Source of the DNA: Candidatus Poribacteria bacterium
Lineage (GTDB): Bacteria > Poribacteria > WGA-4E > PCPOR2b
Direction of reading: 5' to 3'
DNA length: 64,000 nucleotides
Assembly: GCA_965215015.1 (NCBI GenBank)
Contig: OZ244042.1
Coordinates: forward strand, 1,120,001 to 1,184,000
The position numbers were made by a program, and so were the translations under genes. Below, piece after piece: positions 12,504 to 23,684 of the stretch. How positions within the stretch are numbered: position 1 is the stretch's first letter; every line of letters starts with the position of its first letter. The notes under the pieces were generated by a model. That model did no database searches, was not told the DNA's origin, and worked only from the letters and a program-made list of their open reading frames with translations.

Positions 12504-12875
12504 CAGAAACCGTGAATCCATGATGCGGTAAGTATTCCCTCTGGAGGTCAACGGAATCGGGACTCCCCCCGCTTGTGGTGGGACCGAGGGGGAGTAAGGG
12601 GGTGTGTCTTTGCGTTAAATTCAGAGAAAAGCCCCTATCTATTCATTGTGTAAAAAAATGATCAAGGTAAAAATCCCTAGAGAAACGTGGCACAAAATGT
12701 AGAAGTCGTTCGATATTCAATGTGTGTCATCGCCCGATTCGGGCAAGGCCGCCGTGGCCAATTGTGTAAGGGCGAGATCTCCTCGCCCAACGGGTAGGGG
12801 TTGTTAAGGGGTACACACATTATTCAGAGCACTCCTCATATACTAAACAGACCATACTAAGGAGTAAAGCATAAC

Positions 12876-15350
12876 GTGCTAATACGAAACGATGAAAATT
12901 CAAATATTGTCACGCGATATATTGAGGATGAGTTAAAAGAATCCTACCTTACCTACGCGATGAGCGTCAACACCAATCGGGCGATTCCAGACCTAAGAGA
13001 TGGATTGAAGCCCAGTACACGACGCATCCTCTATGCGATGGGAGAGATGAACCTCACCGCAGGACGTTCCTATGACAAGTGTGCGGCTGTCGTCGGTGAA
13101 GTCATGAAAAACTTCCATCCACACGGCGATGGTCCAATCTACGATACGCTGGTCGGGTTGGTTCAAGATTTCGCCATGCGCTACCCTTTGGTTGATGGAC
13201 AGGGAAATTTTGGATCGATCGATGATGACCCACCGGGGGCGATGCGCTACACAGAATGCCGTTTGATGCGGATGGCGGATGAGATGTTAGCGGACATCCA
13301 CAAAAATACCGTTGATTTCCAGCCAAATTACAAAGAATCCATGACCGAACCGACCGTGTTACCGGCACGACTACCAAACTTGCTAGTCAACGGGACTACC
13401 GGTATTGGGGTTGGATACTTGACACGAATTCCGCCGCACAACCTAGGAGAGATCGTTGATGGATTAATCCTTTTGCTGGAGAATCCGGGGGCAACGCTTG
13501 AGGACCTCAGGGAACATATCCCCGGCCCTGACTTCCCGACAGCAGGCGAGATTGTTGGACGCCCTGGTATTCGTGAGATATACGCCACAGGCAGAGGTTC
13601 AATCACCGTTCGAGGAAAAGCTGTTATTGAGCGCGCGACGGGGGGCAAAGAGCGCATCCTCATCACAGAGATTCCATACCAAGTTAAGAAAAATCAGTTA
13701 CTTCAGAAGATGTACAATCTGGTCGTCAATAAGACAATAACGGGAATCAGCGATATCCGCGATGAATCTGACCAAAACATACGGATTCTCATTGAACTCA
13801 AGCGAGGCGAAATTGCACAAGTAATTTTGAATCAGATATACAAGCATACGCAGATGCAAACCAACTACAGTGCCATTATGCTATGTCTCGTTGATGGGTT
13901 GCCCAAAGTCCTATCGCTGACAGAAATCATGCAGCACTACCTTGAACATCGTCGAGAGGTCATTCGGCGGCGGACTCAATACGATCTCGATCTTTGTGAG
14001 CGACGAGCGCATATTCTCGAAGGGTATCGCATCGCCTTAAACAACATTGAAGATGTGATCGACATCGTTCAAACCGCGGAATCTCCGGAAGATGCCCGAA
14101 ACCTGTTAATAGAGAATTATGACCTTTCCGAAATGCAGGCGAGTGAAATCTTAACCATGACGCTACGCCAATTAACCGGGTTGGAACGACAGAAAATTAA
14201 CAATGAATATACCAACCTCCTTGAACAGATTGAAGAGTTACGGGCGATTCTCGATAGTGAAAACCTCATTACAAACATTGTTAAAGAGGAATTATTAGAA
14301 CTAAAAACCAAATACGCCGACGAGCGGCGAACCCAGATAGTTGATGCAGCGGCTGAGTTTGAGATTGAAGACCTAATCGCTGATGAAGAGATGGTCGTCG
14401 CTATTTCCCACGAAGGATACATCAAGCGGGTGCCAATCACCACCTATCGGCGTCAACATCGAGGGGGGATTGGTGTGATCGGGATGCAAAACAAGGAAGG
14501 AGATTATCCCGAACATGTCTTTGTCGCATCAGCCCATCAATATATCCTTTTCTTTACTGATCGGGGCAAGTGCTATTGGCTGAAAGTCTTCGAGATTCCA
14601 GAGCGGGGTCGTACCTCAGCAGGGCAAGCAATCGTCAATCTCCTGCGGTTAGAAAGCGACGAGAAGGTTACAGCATTTGTACCGGTGCGCGAGTTTGATG
14701 AAGAACGGTTTGTTTTTATGGCAACAGAGAGGGGCATTGTCAAGAAATGCAGCCTCGAAGTCTTTAGCAGACCAAATTCTGCCGGCATTATTGCAATCAA
14801 TCTCGACGAAGGAGACAAACTCATTGGGGCGCAATTGACTGAAGGCGATCACAATATTCTCTTGGTCACACGATCTGGGGGATCTATCCGTTTCAATGAA
14901 TCAGAAGTTCGGAAACTGGGGCGGGTAGCAATGGGTGTTCGTGGAATCCGTTTGGAGAAGGACGATTTTGTTGTCGGTATGGTCGCTGCGGTTGATGAGA
15001 GGGAGACCGTGTTAATCGTGACGGAAAACGGCTATGGCAAACGTACCCTATTGGCAAATTATCGTTTGCAAGGACGCGCCGGAAAAGGTGTGATTGCGAT
15101 TAAAACAAGCACTCGCAATGGGCCCGTTGTTGCTATGAAAATGGTGTCAGACGCTGACGAACTGATTATTGTGAATTCAAACGGCATGGTGACACGCATG
15201 GCAGTCAACGATATCCGCACGATCGGGAGAAACACCCAAGGGGTGCGTTTAATGTCCTTACGTAAGGAGGAGATTGTTGTTGATGTTGGAAAAATCTCCC
15301 AAAACGGCGAGACTCAAGATGGGGACGAGCCCGAAATTGATAAAAGTTGA
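12876..15350 (+). CDS. gyrA: DNA gyrase subunit A
   Basis: RDGLKP, HPHGD, AMRYTE (catalytic Tyr), GyrA-box QHRGGIG, beta-pinwheel repeats. Confidence 0.98.
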   Translation: MLIRNDENSNIVTRYIEDELKESYLTYAMSVNTNRAIPDLRDGLKPSTRRILYAMGEMNLTAGRSYDKCAAVVGEVMKNFHPHGDGPIYDTLVGLVQDFAMRYPLVDGQGNFGSIDDDPPGAMRYTECRLMRMADEMLADIHKNTVDFQPNYKESMTEPTVLPARLPNLLVNGTTGIGVGYLTRIPPHNLGEIVDGLILLLENPGATLEDLREHIPGPDFPTAGEIVGRPGIREIYATGRGSITVRGKAVIERATGGKERILITEIPYQVKKNQLLQKMYNLVVNKTITGISDIRDESDQNIRILIELKRGEIAQVILNQIYKHTQMQTNYSAIMLCLVDGLPKVLSLTEIMQHYLEHRREVIRRRTQYDLDLCERRAHILEGYRIALNNIEDVIDIVQTAESPEDARNLLIENYDLSEMQASEILTMTLRQLTGLERQKINNEYTNLLEQIEELRAILDSENLITNIVKEELLELKTKYADERRTQIVDAAAEFEIEDLIADEEMVVAISHEGYIKRVPITTYRRQHRGGIGVIGMQNKEGDYPEHVFVASAHQYILFFTDRGKCYWLKVFEIPERGRTSAGQAIVNLLRLESDEKVTAFVPVREFDEERFVFMATERGIVKKCSLEVFSRPNSAGIIAINLDEGDKLIGAQLTEGDHNILLVTRSGGSIRFNESEVRKLGRVAMGVRGIRLEKDDFVVGMVAAVDERETVLIVTENGYGKRTLLANYRLQGRAGKGVIAIKTSTRNGPVVAMKMVSDADELIIVNSNGMVTRMAVNDIRTIGRNTQGVRLMSLRKEEIVVDVGKISQNGETQDGDEPEIDKS

Positions 15351-15380
15351 CAAGTCACCTACAGAAAGGTCCTACTCTCT

Positions 15381-16820
15381 ATGATACGTTTATCAGTGAT
15401 ATTGCTTGCTATTCTGATAATGATGAATCTAAGTTCACGATTAAACCCTTCTGACGCGGCTGCAGCGGAATCAAGGCTAGATAACGTTCAGGTCGTTGAT
15501 AGCTCGTTACATCCCGAATATGAGCGTGCAAAGCGGGTCTATACTCACTTAATTTCCGCTACCTATCTGCGGGTAACAGCTAAATTGTTTCCTGCAAAAG
15601 AAAGGTATCGACAGATTCTACGTAAGCATGAAAACTCAGCTTTTGTCCATACCCAGCTGGCGAGCCTTAGCATGGAGATGTACGACCTCCCAACCGCAGA
15701 GCGCAGCTGTCGCAGAGCCATTGAAATTGACCCGGAAAAGCCAATGCCTTATTACCTATTAGGGCAGATTATGATTTGGCGATACGGAGGGGCAAAGAAC
15801 AAAGATAAATGGGGCGATATTATCGCGACCTTCCAAAAAGTTGTCGAACTGGATCCCAACCATTACGGATTTGAAAGAAATGGACGTCCTTTCAGCGCGT
15901 ACTACTACCTTGGAGAAATTTCAGAACAGATGGGTCACTACCAATCTGCTGCCAATGCCTTCAAAGAGCTGATTCGTATCATGCCCTATCAGCCGACATT
16001 TTACTTGCGGTTGGGCAGCCTCTATAATCAGTTGGACAATAAACAGGAAGCAATTACGACTTACGAGCGTGCAATCAAAATCAATCGCAACCTATGGCGA
16101 GCGCATGACGCACTGTGGAAATTGGGTGTTGAACAGCATTATCGGTTTTATGAAGAAAATCGACTGGAAGCTGCGGCAGAAAACCTCCGCAAGGCAATTT
16201 ATTCTTATTCTGAACTGCGACGACTTGCCCCAGCCGCTAATCACAAACACGACAATAATTTACTGACACATTTTCATGCACGTCTTGGGAGCCTTTACGT
16301 CGCCTTGGAACGGGAAAATGAGGCAATTGAAATTTTAGAAAAATCTTTAGAAACAGTGCCCGATAACCCTGATGCAAACTATTGGCTTGGAATTGCTCAC
16401 CAAGAGATTGGAAATTTTGAACAAGCGGAACATTATCTCAGAAGAACGATTGCACTCTCACCCGAACGTGAAGAGGCTTATAATGCGCTTGGCTATTTCT
16501 TTGCTGAACATGAAACAAACTTGGACGAAGCGGTAAAGCTAATCCAGAAAGCCCTGAAAAAATCGCCAGCAAATGGTGCTTATTTGGATAGCTTGGGATG
16601 GGCGTATTTCAAGCAGGGCAAGCTGAATGACGCATTGAAACAACTTGAAAAAGCGGTTCTCTATATGCCGAATAACGTAGAAGTCCAAGACCATCTTGGA
16701 GAGGTCTACTTAAAAAAAGGACGCAAGAAAGAAGCGGTTGCAGCGTGGCAAAAGGCGATTCAACTATCACCGGGTAATACCGCGATTCTGGAGAAATTGA
16801 AAAAATATGGACAAGAATGA
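15381..16820 (+). CDS. Secreted tetratricopeptide-repeat protein
   Basis: Signal peptide and multiple TPRs ending AYNALGY...AYLDSLGWAYFKQG...DHLGEVY. Confidence 0.85.
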   Translation: MIRLSVILLAILIMMNLSSRLNPSDAAAAESRLDNVQVVDSSLHPEYERAKRVYTHLISATYLRVTAKLFPAKERYRQILRKHENSAFVHTQLASLSMEMYDLPTAERSCRRAIEIDPEKPMPYYLLGQIMIWRYGGAKNKDKWGDIIATFQKVVELDPNHYGFERNGRPFSAYYYLGEISEQMGHYQSAANAFKELIRIMPYQPTFYLRLGSLYNQLDNKQEAITTYERAIKINRNLWRAHDALWKLGVEQHYRFYEENRLEAAAENLRKAIYSYSELRRLAPAANHKHDNNLLTHFHARLGSLYVALERENEAIEILEKSLETVPDNPDANYWLGIAHQEIGNFEQAEHYLRRTIALSPEREEAYNALGYFFAEHETNLDEAVKLIQKALKKSPANGAYLDSLGWAYFKQGKLNDALKQLEKAVLYMPNNVEVQDHLGEVYLKKGRKKEAVAAWQKAIQLSPGNTAILEKLKKYGQE

Positions 16821-16846
16821 ACCCCGAAAAATAAGGAAATGGAGAC

Positions 16847-18634
16847 ATGAGAAGATGGAAAGATGGCACGTTCATGAGTTCATTAGTTCATGAGTTCATT
16901 CAGGGTGTGTGGAATGGACAACCTGTTTCACGTTTTACGTTTCAAGTTTCACACATTACGTTTTACCTTCTGCTGGGAGTGTCAACCGCTCATGGTTGGA
17001 TCGATGGCACTCCCTATTTTTATGAACACTTCGGTCCTGTCCTCCAAGATACTTCTGAAGTCCCTGCTGCGCCTGCCCAACCCAACGCACCTCAACTAGT
17101 TATTGGAGAACGCAAGGATTTCTTATCGGTCAATTTCAACACCCATGAACAATATATCGTTCGATCCACATTGCGAGCGATTGGGGAATTCTGTTACATC
17201 TTCGTTGAGGATTCACAGTGGCTACGGACGGTGAATCAAGAGACGGTCAACTCGGTACGCCGTGCATTTGATGACACGACACCGGCTGACTCGAAGTGTG
17301 GAATCTATGAAGTGGAAACAGAGCTTTTTGGGATGCCTCCCGATATTGATGGAGATAAGCGAATCTATCTATTGCTATTGGACATTCGGGATAAGGGTAC
17401 AAGAGGCAGTGGTTTCATTGCAGGGTTTTTCAGTCCGGTGAATCAGCAACGTGGTGTTCTGAGACATCCGGAGATAGGTACTCTGGTCCGTAGTAATGAG
17501 CTCGATATGCTCTATCTTGATACCCAGCCGCAAGATGCGGGAAGCCAGGAGGCGCACGGGGTGCTCGCCCACGAATTTCAACATCTCATCCATTGGCGGC
17601 ATGATACAGATGAAGCGATCTGGGTCAATGAAGGCTGTGCCGAGTATGCGACGTTCATCTGTGGATACCAATTAAGAAACCACCTCTCATCGTTTCAACG
17701 GAATCCGAATATCTCGCTAGTTAATTGGCCCCAAGGAACACACAGCCAACTTGGTCACTATGGTGCAGTGTATTTATGGATGCTTTATCTTCACGAACAC
17801 TATGGTGGCTCACAAACAATCGCCACAATCGTCAAAGATCGAACAAACGGAATCGCCGGCATCAACAGTGCCTTGCGCTCCCGCGGTATCGAGAAAACCT
17901 TCTCCACTATTTATGCTGATTGGAAGGTTGCGAACTATCTGGATGATAACGAATTTGACAATGGCCAGTACGGCTACCAGAATGAACAAGTAAATCTTCG
18001 GACTCGCCGTGAGCATCATTCATACCCTGTATCCGTTGACAACAACTTACTTGCTAGCTACGCAACGGACTATATCCCCTTCTACTCCGATACCAAAAAT
18101 GGCAATCTCAGTCTCACCTTTCAGGGTGATAATCGTCAACCTTATGATGTCAAAGCAATTGAGTTCCGAGGCGGGCAGCCGACAGTGGTCCACGATATGT
18201 CGCTGACTGACATGGGGACAGGGAGTTTGATTATCCAAAATTTTGGACTGAGTGCCGAGAAAGTCACTCTCATCCCAAGTGTGCAACCCGAACGCGAGTT
18301 ACCAGAGCGCAGCGCATCATTTTACACTTATAGCGCACAGCAGATTGTTGAAAAGGTAGAATTTAACGCAATAGTTTTGCCCAATCCCGTCCATCCAAGA
18401 TATTGGGACCTCATCGCTGTCCCAAGCCATCCGATTAGCGCAATTCCGCCACAGATTTCGGTGGTGCAAGGGGCAAAATCCATTATATCAGCAACCCCAA
18501 TGAAAGCGATGCAGGATGGTGCCATTTATACATATTCGCTTTATCTTGCCCCGGGGGTCATCCCTGAAAGCGTCCGATGGGAGATTTCTTTCCTAGGGGA
18601 ACCGGTTGGCTCCGGTGAACTGGAAAAGAAATAA
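16847..18634 (+). CDS. Secreted zinc metallopeptidase (M30/M6-like)
   Basis: DIDGDKRIYLL, AGFF, LAHEFQHLIH...WVNEG.AE zincin motif; start uncertain. Confidence 0.7.
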   Translation: MRRWKDGTFMSSLVHEFIQGVWNGQPVSRFTFQVSHITFYLLLGVSTAHGWIDGTPYFYEHFGPVLQDTSEVPAAPAQPNAPQLVIGERKDFLSVNFNTHEQYIVRSTLRAIGEFCYIFVEDSQWLRTVNQETVNSVRRAFDDTTPADSKCGIYEVETELFGMPPDIDGDKRIYLLLLDIRDKGTRGSGFIAGFFSPVNQQRGVLRHPEIGTLVRSNELDMLYLDTQPQDAGSQEAHGVLAHEFQHLIHWRHDTDEAIWVNEGCAEYATFICGYQLRNHLSSFQRNPNISLVNWPQGTHSQLGHYGAVYLWMLYLHEHYGGSQTIATIVKDRTNGIAGINSALRSRGIEKTFSTIYADWKVANYLDDNEFDNGQYGYQNEQVNLRTRREHHSYPVSVDNNLLASYATDYIPFYSDTKNGNLSLTFQGDNRQPYDVKAIEFRGGQPTVVHDMSLTDMGTGSLIIQNFGLSAEKVTLIPSVQPERELPERSASFYTYSAQQIVEKVEFNAIVLPNPVHPRYWDLIAVPSHPISAIPPQISVVQGAKSIISATPMKAMQDGAIYTYSLYLAPGVIPESVRWEISFLGEPVGSGELEKK

Positions 18635-18654
18635 ATTCATTGTGAGGGGGCGAA

Positions 18655-18896
18655 GTTGAAGACTTAAAAATCAAGAACATGGTGCAGGACCATCACCTCG
18701 CCAAGAGCATATCTAATGCTGCATAAGGAACTTTCGGTTAATTCTTCAGAGCAAAGCTGCAAACGCTGGCTTGGTGTTGACGAAAGTTGACTCTGAAGAG
18801 TCCTGGCTCAATTCGCCAGAAACTATAGCGCGACGGTATTGGTATTTAGACAGAAGCGCGAAACCAAGTAAGACCCGTTCAGGGCCGGGTAACTGA
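18655..18896 (+). mobile_element. tnpB: IS200/IS605 relic: tnpB RuvC-II fragment joined to a shortened right end
   Basis: Translation VEDLKIKNMVQDHHLAKSISNAA*GTF / LILQSKAANAGLVLTKVD with a stop and frameshift, followed by the 80-bp repeat 18800..18879 and TTCAGGGCCGGGTAACTGA. Confidence 0.75.
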
Positions 18897-18965
18897 TGGC
18901 TGATGAAGCCCATAATGTTTTATCATTAATTTTACGCATCACGTTTTAGTTTTAAGGAGGTCAAT

Positions 18966-19934
18966 ATGGCAACACCAACTTTTTACGCGGGAACGGTGGG
19001 TCAAAGCGTATGGCGCAGCAATGATGGTGGTGATTCATGGGCTCGGGCAAGTACCGGAATGTTCCCGGAAGCCGATATTCGTGCTATCGCTGCAAATCCG
19101 AACGATTCGTCAATCCTCTTTGCAGGAACAGAAGCCGGCATTTACCGTACACAAAACGGTGGGGATTATTGGGAACAAATCAACTCCCCCATGGATAATC
19201 TGCAAATCTGGGCGATTGCTGTCAATCCCAACAACCCCGATACCCTCTACGCAGGCACCTGTCCGTCTGCCCTTTTCAAATCGACGGATGGTGGAGAGAC
19301 ATGGAAACAGCTTAATGTTGAGCTCGCTGAAGAGTGTGAGGGCGTACCAATCATACCACGCGTAACATCAATCTCAATCGATCCGGAAGACAATCAGACC
19401 ATCTATGCGGGGATTGAGATCGACGGGCTACGCCTCTCCACTGATGGTGGTGAAACATGGGTAGACCGAAGTAACGGGCTAAGCAGCCTCGACATTCATG
19501 GATTGACTGTGGTCCCCGGCGATCCCAAGGCACTCGTTGCAGCGACAAATAACGATGTGTGTATCACAACAGACATGAGTGAGTGGATGCCGCTCAGTGT
19601 CGGTGATGGCTTCCCCTGGCCCTACTGCCGGGCAGCAATGTATGTTCCTATGAATGGTACAGGTCGTGTCTATATTGGAGCAGGAAATGGTCCCCCCGGA
19701 GACGAAGGCGGACTGTTCTACACCGATAACCTCGGTAAATCGTGGGAACGCGCAGATCTTGGACTGACCGCTAACAGCACAATCTGGTGTTTGGCCCAGC
19801 AGCCGGCGGTCCCCGGTTGGCTATTCGCCTGCAGCGTCAACGGGCAGCTGTTCCGCAGCACCGATGAGGGCACATCGTGGTCCAAACTTGCTCATGAGTT
19901 TGGCGAAGTCCGGGCGCTAGCAATTGTGCCATGA
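18966..19934 (+). CDS. BNR/Asp-box repeat beta-propeller protein
   Basis: Repeated S.DGG..W Asp-boxes (SNDGGDSW, STDGGETW twice, STDEGTSW); AAGGAGG RBS. Confidence 0.8.
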   Translation: MATPTFYAGTVGQSVWRSNDGGDSWARASTGMFPEADIRAIAANPNDSSILFAGTEAGIYRTQNGGDYWEQINSPMDNLQIWAIAVNPNNPDTLYAGTCPSALFKSTDGGETWKQLNVELAEECEGVPIIPRVTSISIDPEDNQTIYAGIEIDGLRLSTDGGETWVDRSNGLSSLDIHGLTVVPGDPKALVAATNNDVCITTDMSEWMPLSVGDGFPWPYCRAAMYVPMNGTGRVYIGAGNGPPGDEGGLFYTDNLGKSWERADLGLTANSTIWCLAQQPAVPGWLFACSVNGQLFRSTDEGTSWSKLAHEFGEVRALAIVP

Positions 19935-19964
19935 AAGGATAGCGTCCTGTTAAGTCTACAAAGT

Positions 19965-19992
19965 GTAGGGAACAACCATCGTTGTTCCCTAC
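19965..19992. repeat. GTAG-type REP-like palindrome
   Basis: GTAGGGAACAAC-CATC-GTTGTTCCCTAC, a perfect 12-bp stem related to 3923..3950. Confidence 0.7.
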
Positions 19993-20076
19993 TGAAATAT
20001 TGCAGAACCGGTGCCTCAGGATTGACTGTAATTGCCCGATTTATCGGGCGTACTACGTAAATCCTACTAATTTCAT

Positions 20077-20105
20077 TTGATATTTGAAAGCAGATTTGGT
20101 ATACT
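20077..20105 (+). promoter_or_regulatory. Putative sigma70 promoter of ftsH
   Basis: TTGATA-17 bp-TATACT with TGn extended -10. Confidence 0.55.
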
Positions 20106-20247
20106 TCAGGTATACTTCAACTGCCCGGAGTGATAGAGTGACTATTGGTGGAATCCAGATGGATAATCTTTTAGCTGTCGAGAAACGTTCACTCACTCAA
20201 GTATCAATTCGGAATCTTTTGTAGACATAGAAGAGAGGTTAAGTGCT

Positions 20248-22173
20248 GTGAATAAGAGTGCGAAAAGTATTATAGTATGGTTGTTTCTGGCGTCATTCGT
20301 TGCTTATGTCATGTACCACTTTTTAAGTTCAGGTAAGGGAAGGGTTCATCAACTGGCGGCATCAGAATTTTATGCATATCTGCGACAAGACAATAGCAAA
20401 GACCTGTTTGAAGGAAAAATCGAGATCGGTAAAGAATGGATTAAAGGAAAATTCAGAGACCCACAACCCATTTTAGATGAGATGGACAGAGGACAGCCAA
20501 CAACATTTCAAGAATTTCGGACAAGCCGTGATATCTACTCTGAATATCCACTTCAAGAAAAACTAATTGAGCATCAAATTCCATTTGATAATGAACGCTC
20601 ATCCGCAGTACCCCAATGGTTGGTGATCTTCGGCACAACGGTCTTGCCAATTCTGCTCTTCCTCGGGCTCATGATCTTTATTTCAAGGCAGATGCAAGGC
20701 ACAGGTAATCGGGCGTTATCATTTGGAAAAAGCCGTGCTCGACTCCACTCGGAAAGTGAATCGAAAATCACCTTTGAAAATGTCGCTGGTTGTGACGAGG
20801 CGAAGGAAGGATTGGAAGAGGTCATCCAGTTTCTAAAAGATCCGAAAAAATTTCAGCGACTCGGTGGACGGATTCCAAAAGGGGTGCTGCTAATGGGACC
20901 GCCGGGAACCGGAAAAACCTTACTGGCGCGTGCTGTTGCCGGGGAAGCAAATGTCCCATTTTACAGTATCAGCGGATCTGATTTTGTGGAAATGTTTGTC
21001 GGTGTTGGGGCTTCACGAGTCCGTGATCTATTTGAGACAGGAAAGAAGAATGCGCCGTGTATCATCTTTATTGACGAACTTGATGCGGTTGGACGACATC
21101 GTGGCGCGGGCATCGGTGGTGGGCATGATGAACGTGAACAGACCTTGAACCAACTTCTTGTCGAAATGGATGGGTTTGATACTTCTGAGGGCGTTATTCT
21201 CATCGCTGCAACCAACCGCCCTGATGTGTTGGACCCTGCACTCCTCCGTCCAGGGCGCTTCGATCGCCAAATTGTCGTTGACCTCCCTGATGTCAAAGGG
21301 CGCGAAGATATTTTCAAAGTCCATACGACAAACATTGAAACGGCCCCAGATGTAGACCTAGAGATTCTGGCAAAAGCGACACCCTACTTTTCGGGTGCAG
21401 ACATCGAAAATATGGTAAATGAAGCCGCCTTGCTTGCAGCCAAAGAGGACAAAGATTCGGTTGAAATGATTTTCTTCGATGAAGCGAAGGACCGGGTCCT
21501 GATGGGACCTGAACGCCGGAGCCTCATTATCAGTGACGACGATAGACGCGTCACCGCCTATCACGAGGCGGGACATGCCCTGTTACGACATGTTATCCCT
21601 GAAAATGACCCCAATTATAAAGCCACCATTATTCCCCGTGGCCGATCGCTTGGGGTGTCAGTAGCCCTTCCCATCCAAGAACGTCGGAATTTCAACAAAA
21701 AATATCTCCTCGGAAGTATTACCACCGCGCTCGGCGGTCGTGTCGCTGAAGAACTTATCTTTGGTGAGCTAACCACTGGCGCGCAAAATGATTTTGAGCA
21801 GGCAACCGATATAGCGCGTAAGATGGTTACACAATGGGGTATGAGTGATCTTGGACCGCTCTCCTTTGGTCGGCGTGAAGAGCAGGTCTTTTTAGGCAAA
21901 GAGATTGCACATCACCAAGATTATAGCGACAAGACAGCGATTGAAATTGATGAGGCTGTCCATGGCATTGTTATGGAGTGCTACAATAGAGCGAGGCACC
22001 TCATTGAAACGAATCTTGATGGGCTGAAAAAGCTGGCTGATGAGTTGCTAGAGCGCGAAACGATCATTACGGAAGATATTGAAGCGATACTTGGCCCCCG
22101 TCCCCCAATTTCTCCGATTTCATCAAATCTTTGCAGTGGAGCCCCCGTAAATACCATGCGTGTTGCGCTATAG
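20248..22173 (+). CDS. ftsH: ATP-dependent zinc metalloprotease FtsH
   Basis: Two TM helices, [27 protein letters not shown]. Confidence 0.98.
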   Translation: MNKSAKSIIVWLFLASFVAYVMYHFLSSGKGRVHQLAASEFYAYLRQDNSKDLFEGKIEIGKEWIKGKFRDPQPILDEMDRGQPTTFQEFRTSRDIYSEYPLQEKLIEHQIPFDNERSSAVPQWLVIFGTTVLPILLFLGLMIFISRQMQGTGNRALSFGKSRARLHSESESKITFENVAGCDEAKEGLEEVIQFLKDPKKFQRLGGRIPKGVLLMGPPGTGKTLLARAVAGEANVPFYSISGSDFVEMFVGVGASRVRDLFETGKKNAPCIIFIDELDAVGRHRGAGIGGGHDEREQTLNQLLVEMDGFDTSEGVILIAATNRPDVLDPALLRPGRFDRQIVVDLPDVKGREDIFKVHTTNIETAPDVDLEILAKATPYFSGADIENMVNEAALLAAKEDKDSVEMIFFDEAKDRVLMGPERRSLIISDDDRRVTAYHEAGHALLRHVIPENDPNYKATIIPRGRSLGVSVALPIQERRNFNKKYLLGSITTALGGRVAEELIFGELTTGAQNDFEQATDIARKMVTQWGMSDLGPLSFGRREEQVFLGKEIAHHQDYSDKTAIEIDEAVHGIVMECYNRARHLIETNLDGLKKLADELLERETIITEDIEAILGPRPPISPISSNLCSGAPVNTMRVAL

Positions 22174-22271
22174 TCCTGGCTCAATCAGCCTGGCATGTTG
22201 CACAACAGTATCAGGTATCTGCGGAGAGGAAACCGGGTCTCCTTTCTTTGTGGTAATATAAATAAAAAGAA

Positions 22272-22341
22272 AATAAGTAGTTGCTCGCTTTTAATAAAAC
22301 GCTTGGACGCAACGGGGCTAAGGCGCAAAAAAAGAAAACGA
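22272..22341 (+). repeat. About 70-bp dispersed repeat, copy 2
   Basis: Aligns with 12433..12503. Confidence 0.7.
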
Positions 22342-22610
22342 GAAATCAACAGAACCGGCTTCCCGTTTTCCCTTTCGTCAGGGAAGGGGGTTCGTTTCTT
22401 CATTATTGGGACTTGCGCTCTTAGAGGGTGATACCGTTTTGCACTACAATTACGGCATACGGAGTATGCTTACTACTGTTACATACGGTGTTTGGCTACT
22501 ACCTTATTGCAGGATTGGGGTTGAAGTGGTGTGTAAGCCCTATATGGTATAAGTCGATTGGTTTTCGTGGGAGATATCACGCCCCCAAATACCCCCCAGG
22601 GCCCCTACCC

Positions 22611-22739
22611 GTCCTGGTTCAATTCACCAGAAACTATAGCGCGACGGTATTGGTATTTGGACAGAAGCGCGAAACCAAGTAAGACCCGTTGGACGGCCGC
22701 TTCAAACAAGCACCGCCTCTTCAGGGTGGAGTAACTGAC
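22611..22739 (+). mobile_element. Isolated IS605-type right end / putative reRNA (omegaRNA) scaffold
   Basis: 22611..22690 matches 18800..18879 at 77 of 80 positions and ends CAAGCACCGCCTCTTCAGGGTGGAGTAACTGAC, typical of tnpB-element right-end hairpins. Confidence 0.65.
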
Positions 22740-22740
22740 G

Positions 22741-23574
22741 ATGGACTGTCGAGGAAGGTCACTTACCTTCGGGAAACGCACACGAATCATGGGTATCCTG
22801 AACATCACCCCGGACTCCTTCTCTGACGGTGGTCGTTATCTTGATGTTAATCGTGCGATTGGCTGTGCCCACCAGATGGTCGAGGATGGAGCAGACATTA
22901 TTGACATCGGAGGTGAATCTTCCCGCCCGGGAGCCTTGCCGGTCACCACAGACGAAGAATTAGCCCGTGTGCTGCCGGTGATTGAAGCCCTTACAAACGA
23001 GACAGCCACCCTTATCTCGATTGACACCTATAAACCTGCTGTCGCACGGAATGCACTTCAGGCGGGGGCGCATATTGTCAACGATATTACGGCGTTAGGT
23101 GACACGGAGATGGCGAGTGTTGTTGCGGAGATGGACGCCGGCCTTATACTCATGCATATGAAAGGTGTTCCCCGCACAATGCAACGCTCGCCTGTTTATC
23201 AAGATCTCATCCCTGAAGTTCTGACTTTTCTTCGACAACGGGTTGACAAAGCACAAGCAGAGGGAACTTGCCCCGACCGAATTATGATTGACCCCGGTAT
23301 CGGATTTGGTAAAACCGGCGAGCATAATCTGGAGATTTTACGGTGTCTTGATGCGTTTCGGAGCCTAGGTAAACCCCTCCTCATTGGTACTTCCAGAAAA
23401 GCGTTCATTGGAAAAATTCTCAATCTGCCCAATCCGGCCGATCGCTTGGAAGGCACTGCTGCGACAGTCGCATGGGCGATCGCTCACGGTGCAGATGTCG
23501 TTCGTGTCCACGATGTAAAGGCAATGTGTCAGGTTGCCCAAATGACAGATGCAATTTGTCGTGGCACAGATTAA
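22741..23574 (+). CDS. folP: Dihydropteroate synthase
   Basis: MGILNITPDSFSDGG, IDIGGESSRPG, DPGIGFGK, SRKAFIG, VRVHDV. Confidence 0.97.
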   Translation: MDCRGRSLTFGKRTRIMGILNITPDSFSDGGRYLDVNRAIGCAHQMVEDGADIIDIGGESSRPGALPVTTDEELARVLPVIEALTNETATLISIDTYKPAVARNALQAGAHIVNDITALGDTEMASVVAEMDAGLILMHMKGVPRTMQRSPVYQDLIPEVLTFLRQRVDKAQAEGTCPDRIMIDPGIGFGKTGEHNLEILRCLDAFRSLGKPLLIGTSRKAFIGKILNLPNPADRLEGTAATVAWAIAHGADVVRVHDVKAMCQVAQMTDAICRGTD

Positions 23575-23684
23575 AATCCCTCCTGAAAAACTGAAGATTC
23601 AATCGTCTATACACAACGAATCAAAAGCACAACATACGAAAATTCATTATAGACATTAGCGTTGACATTGTTTAAGCCAGCAGG

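Noticed and set aside
22185-22808. Short ORFs between ftsH and folP
   Set aside because: They overlap dispersed repeats and the IS605-like end and show no protein-like features.
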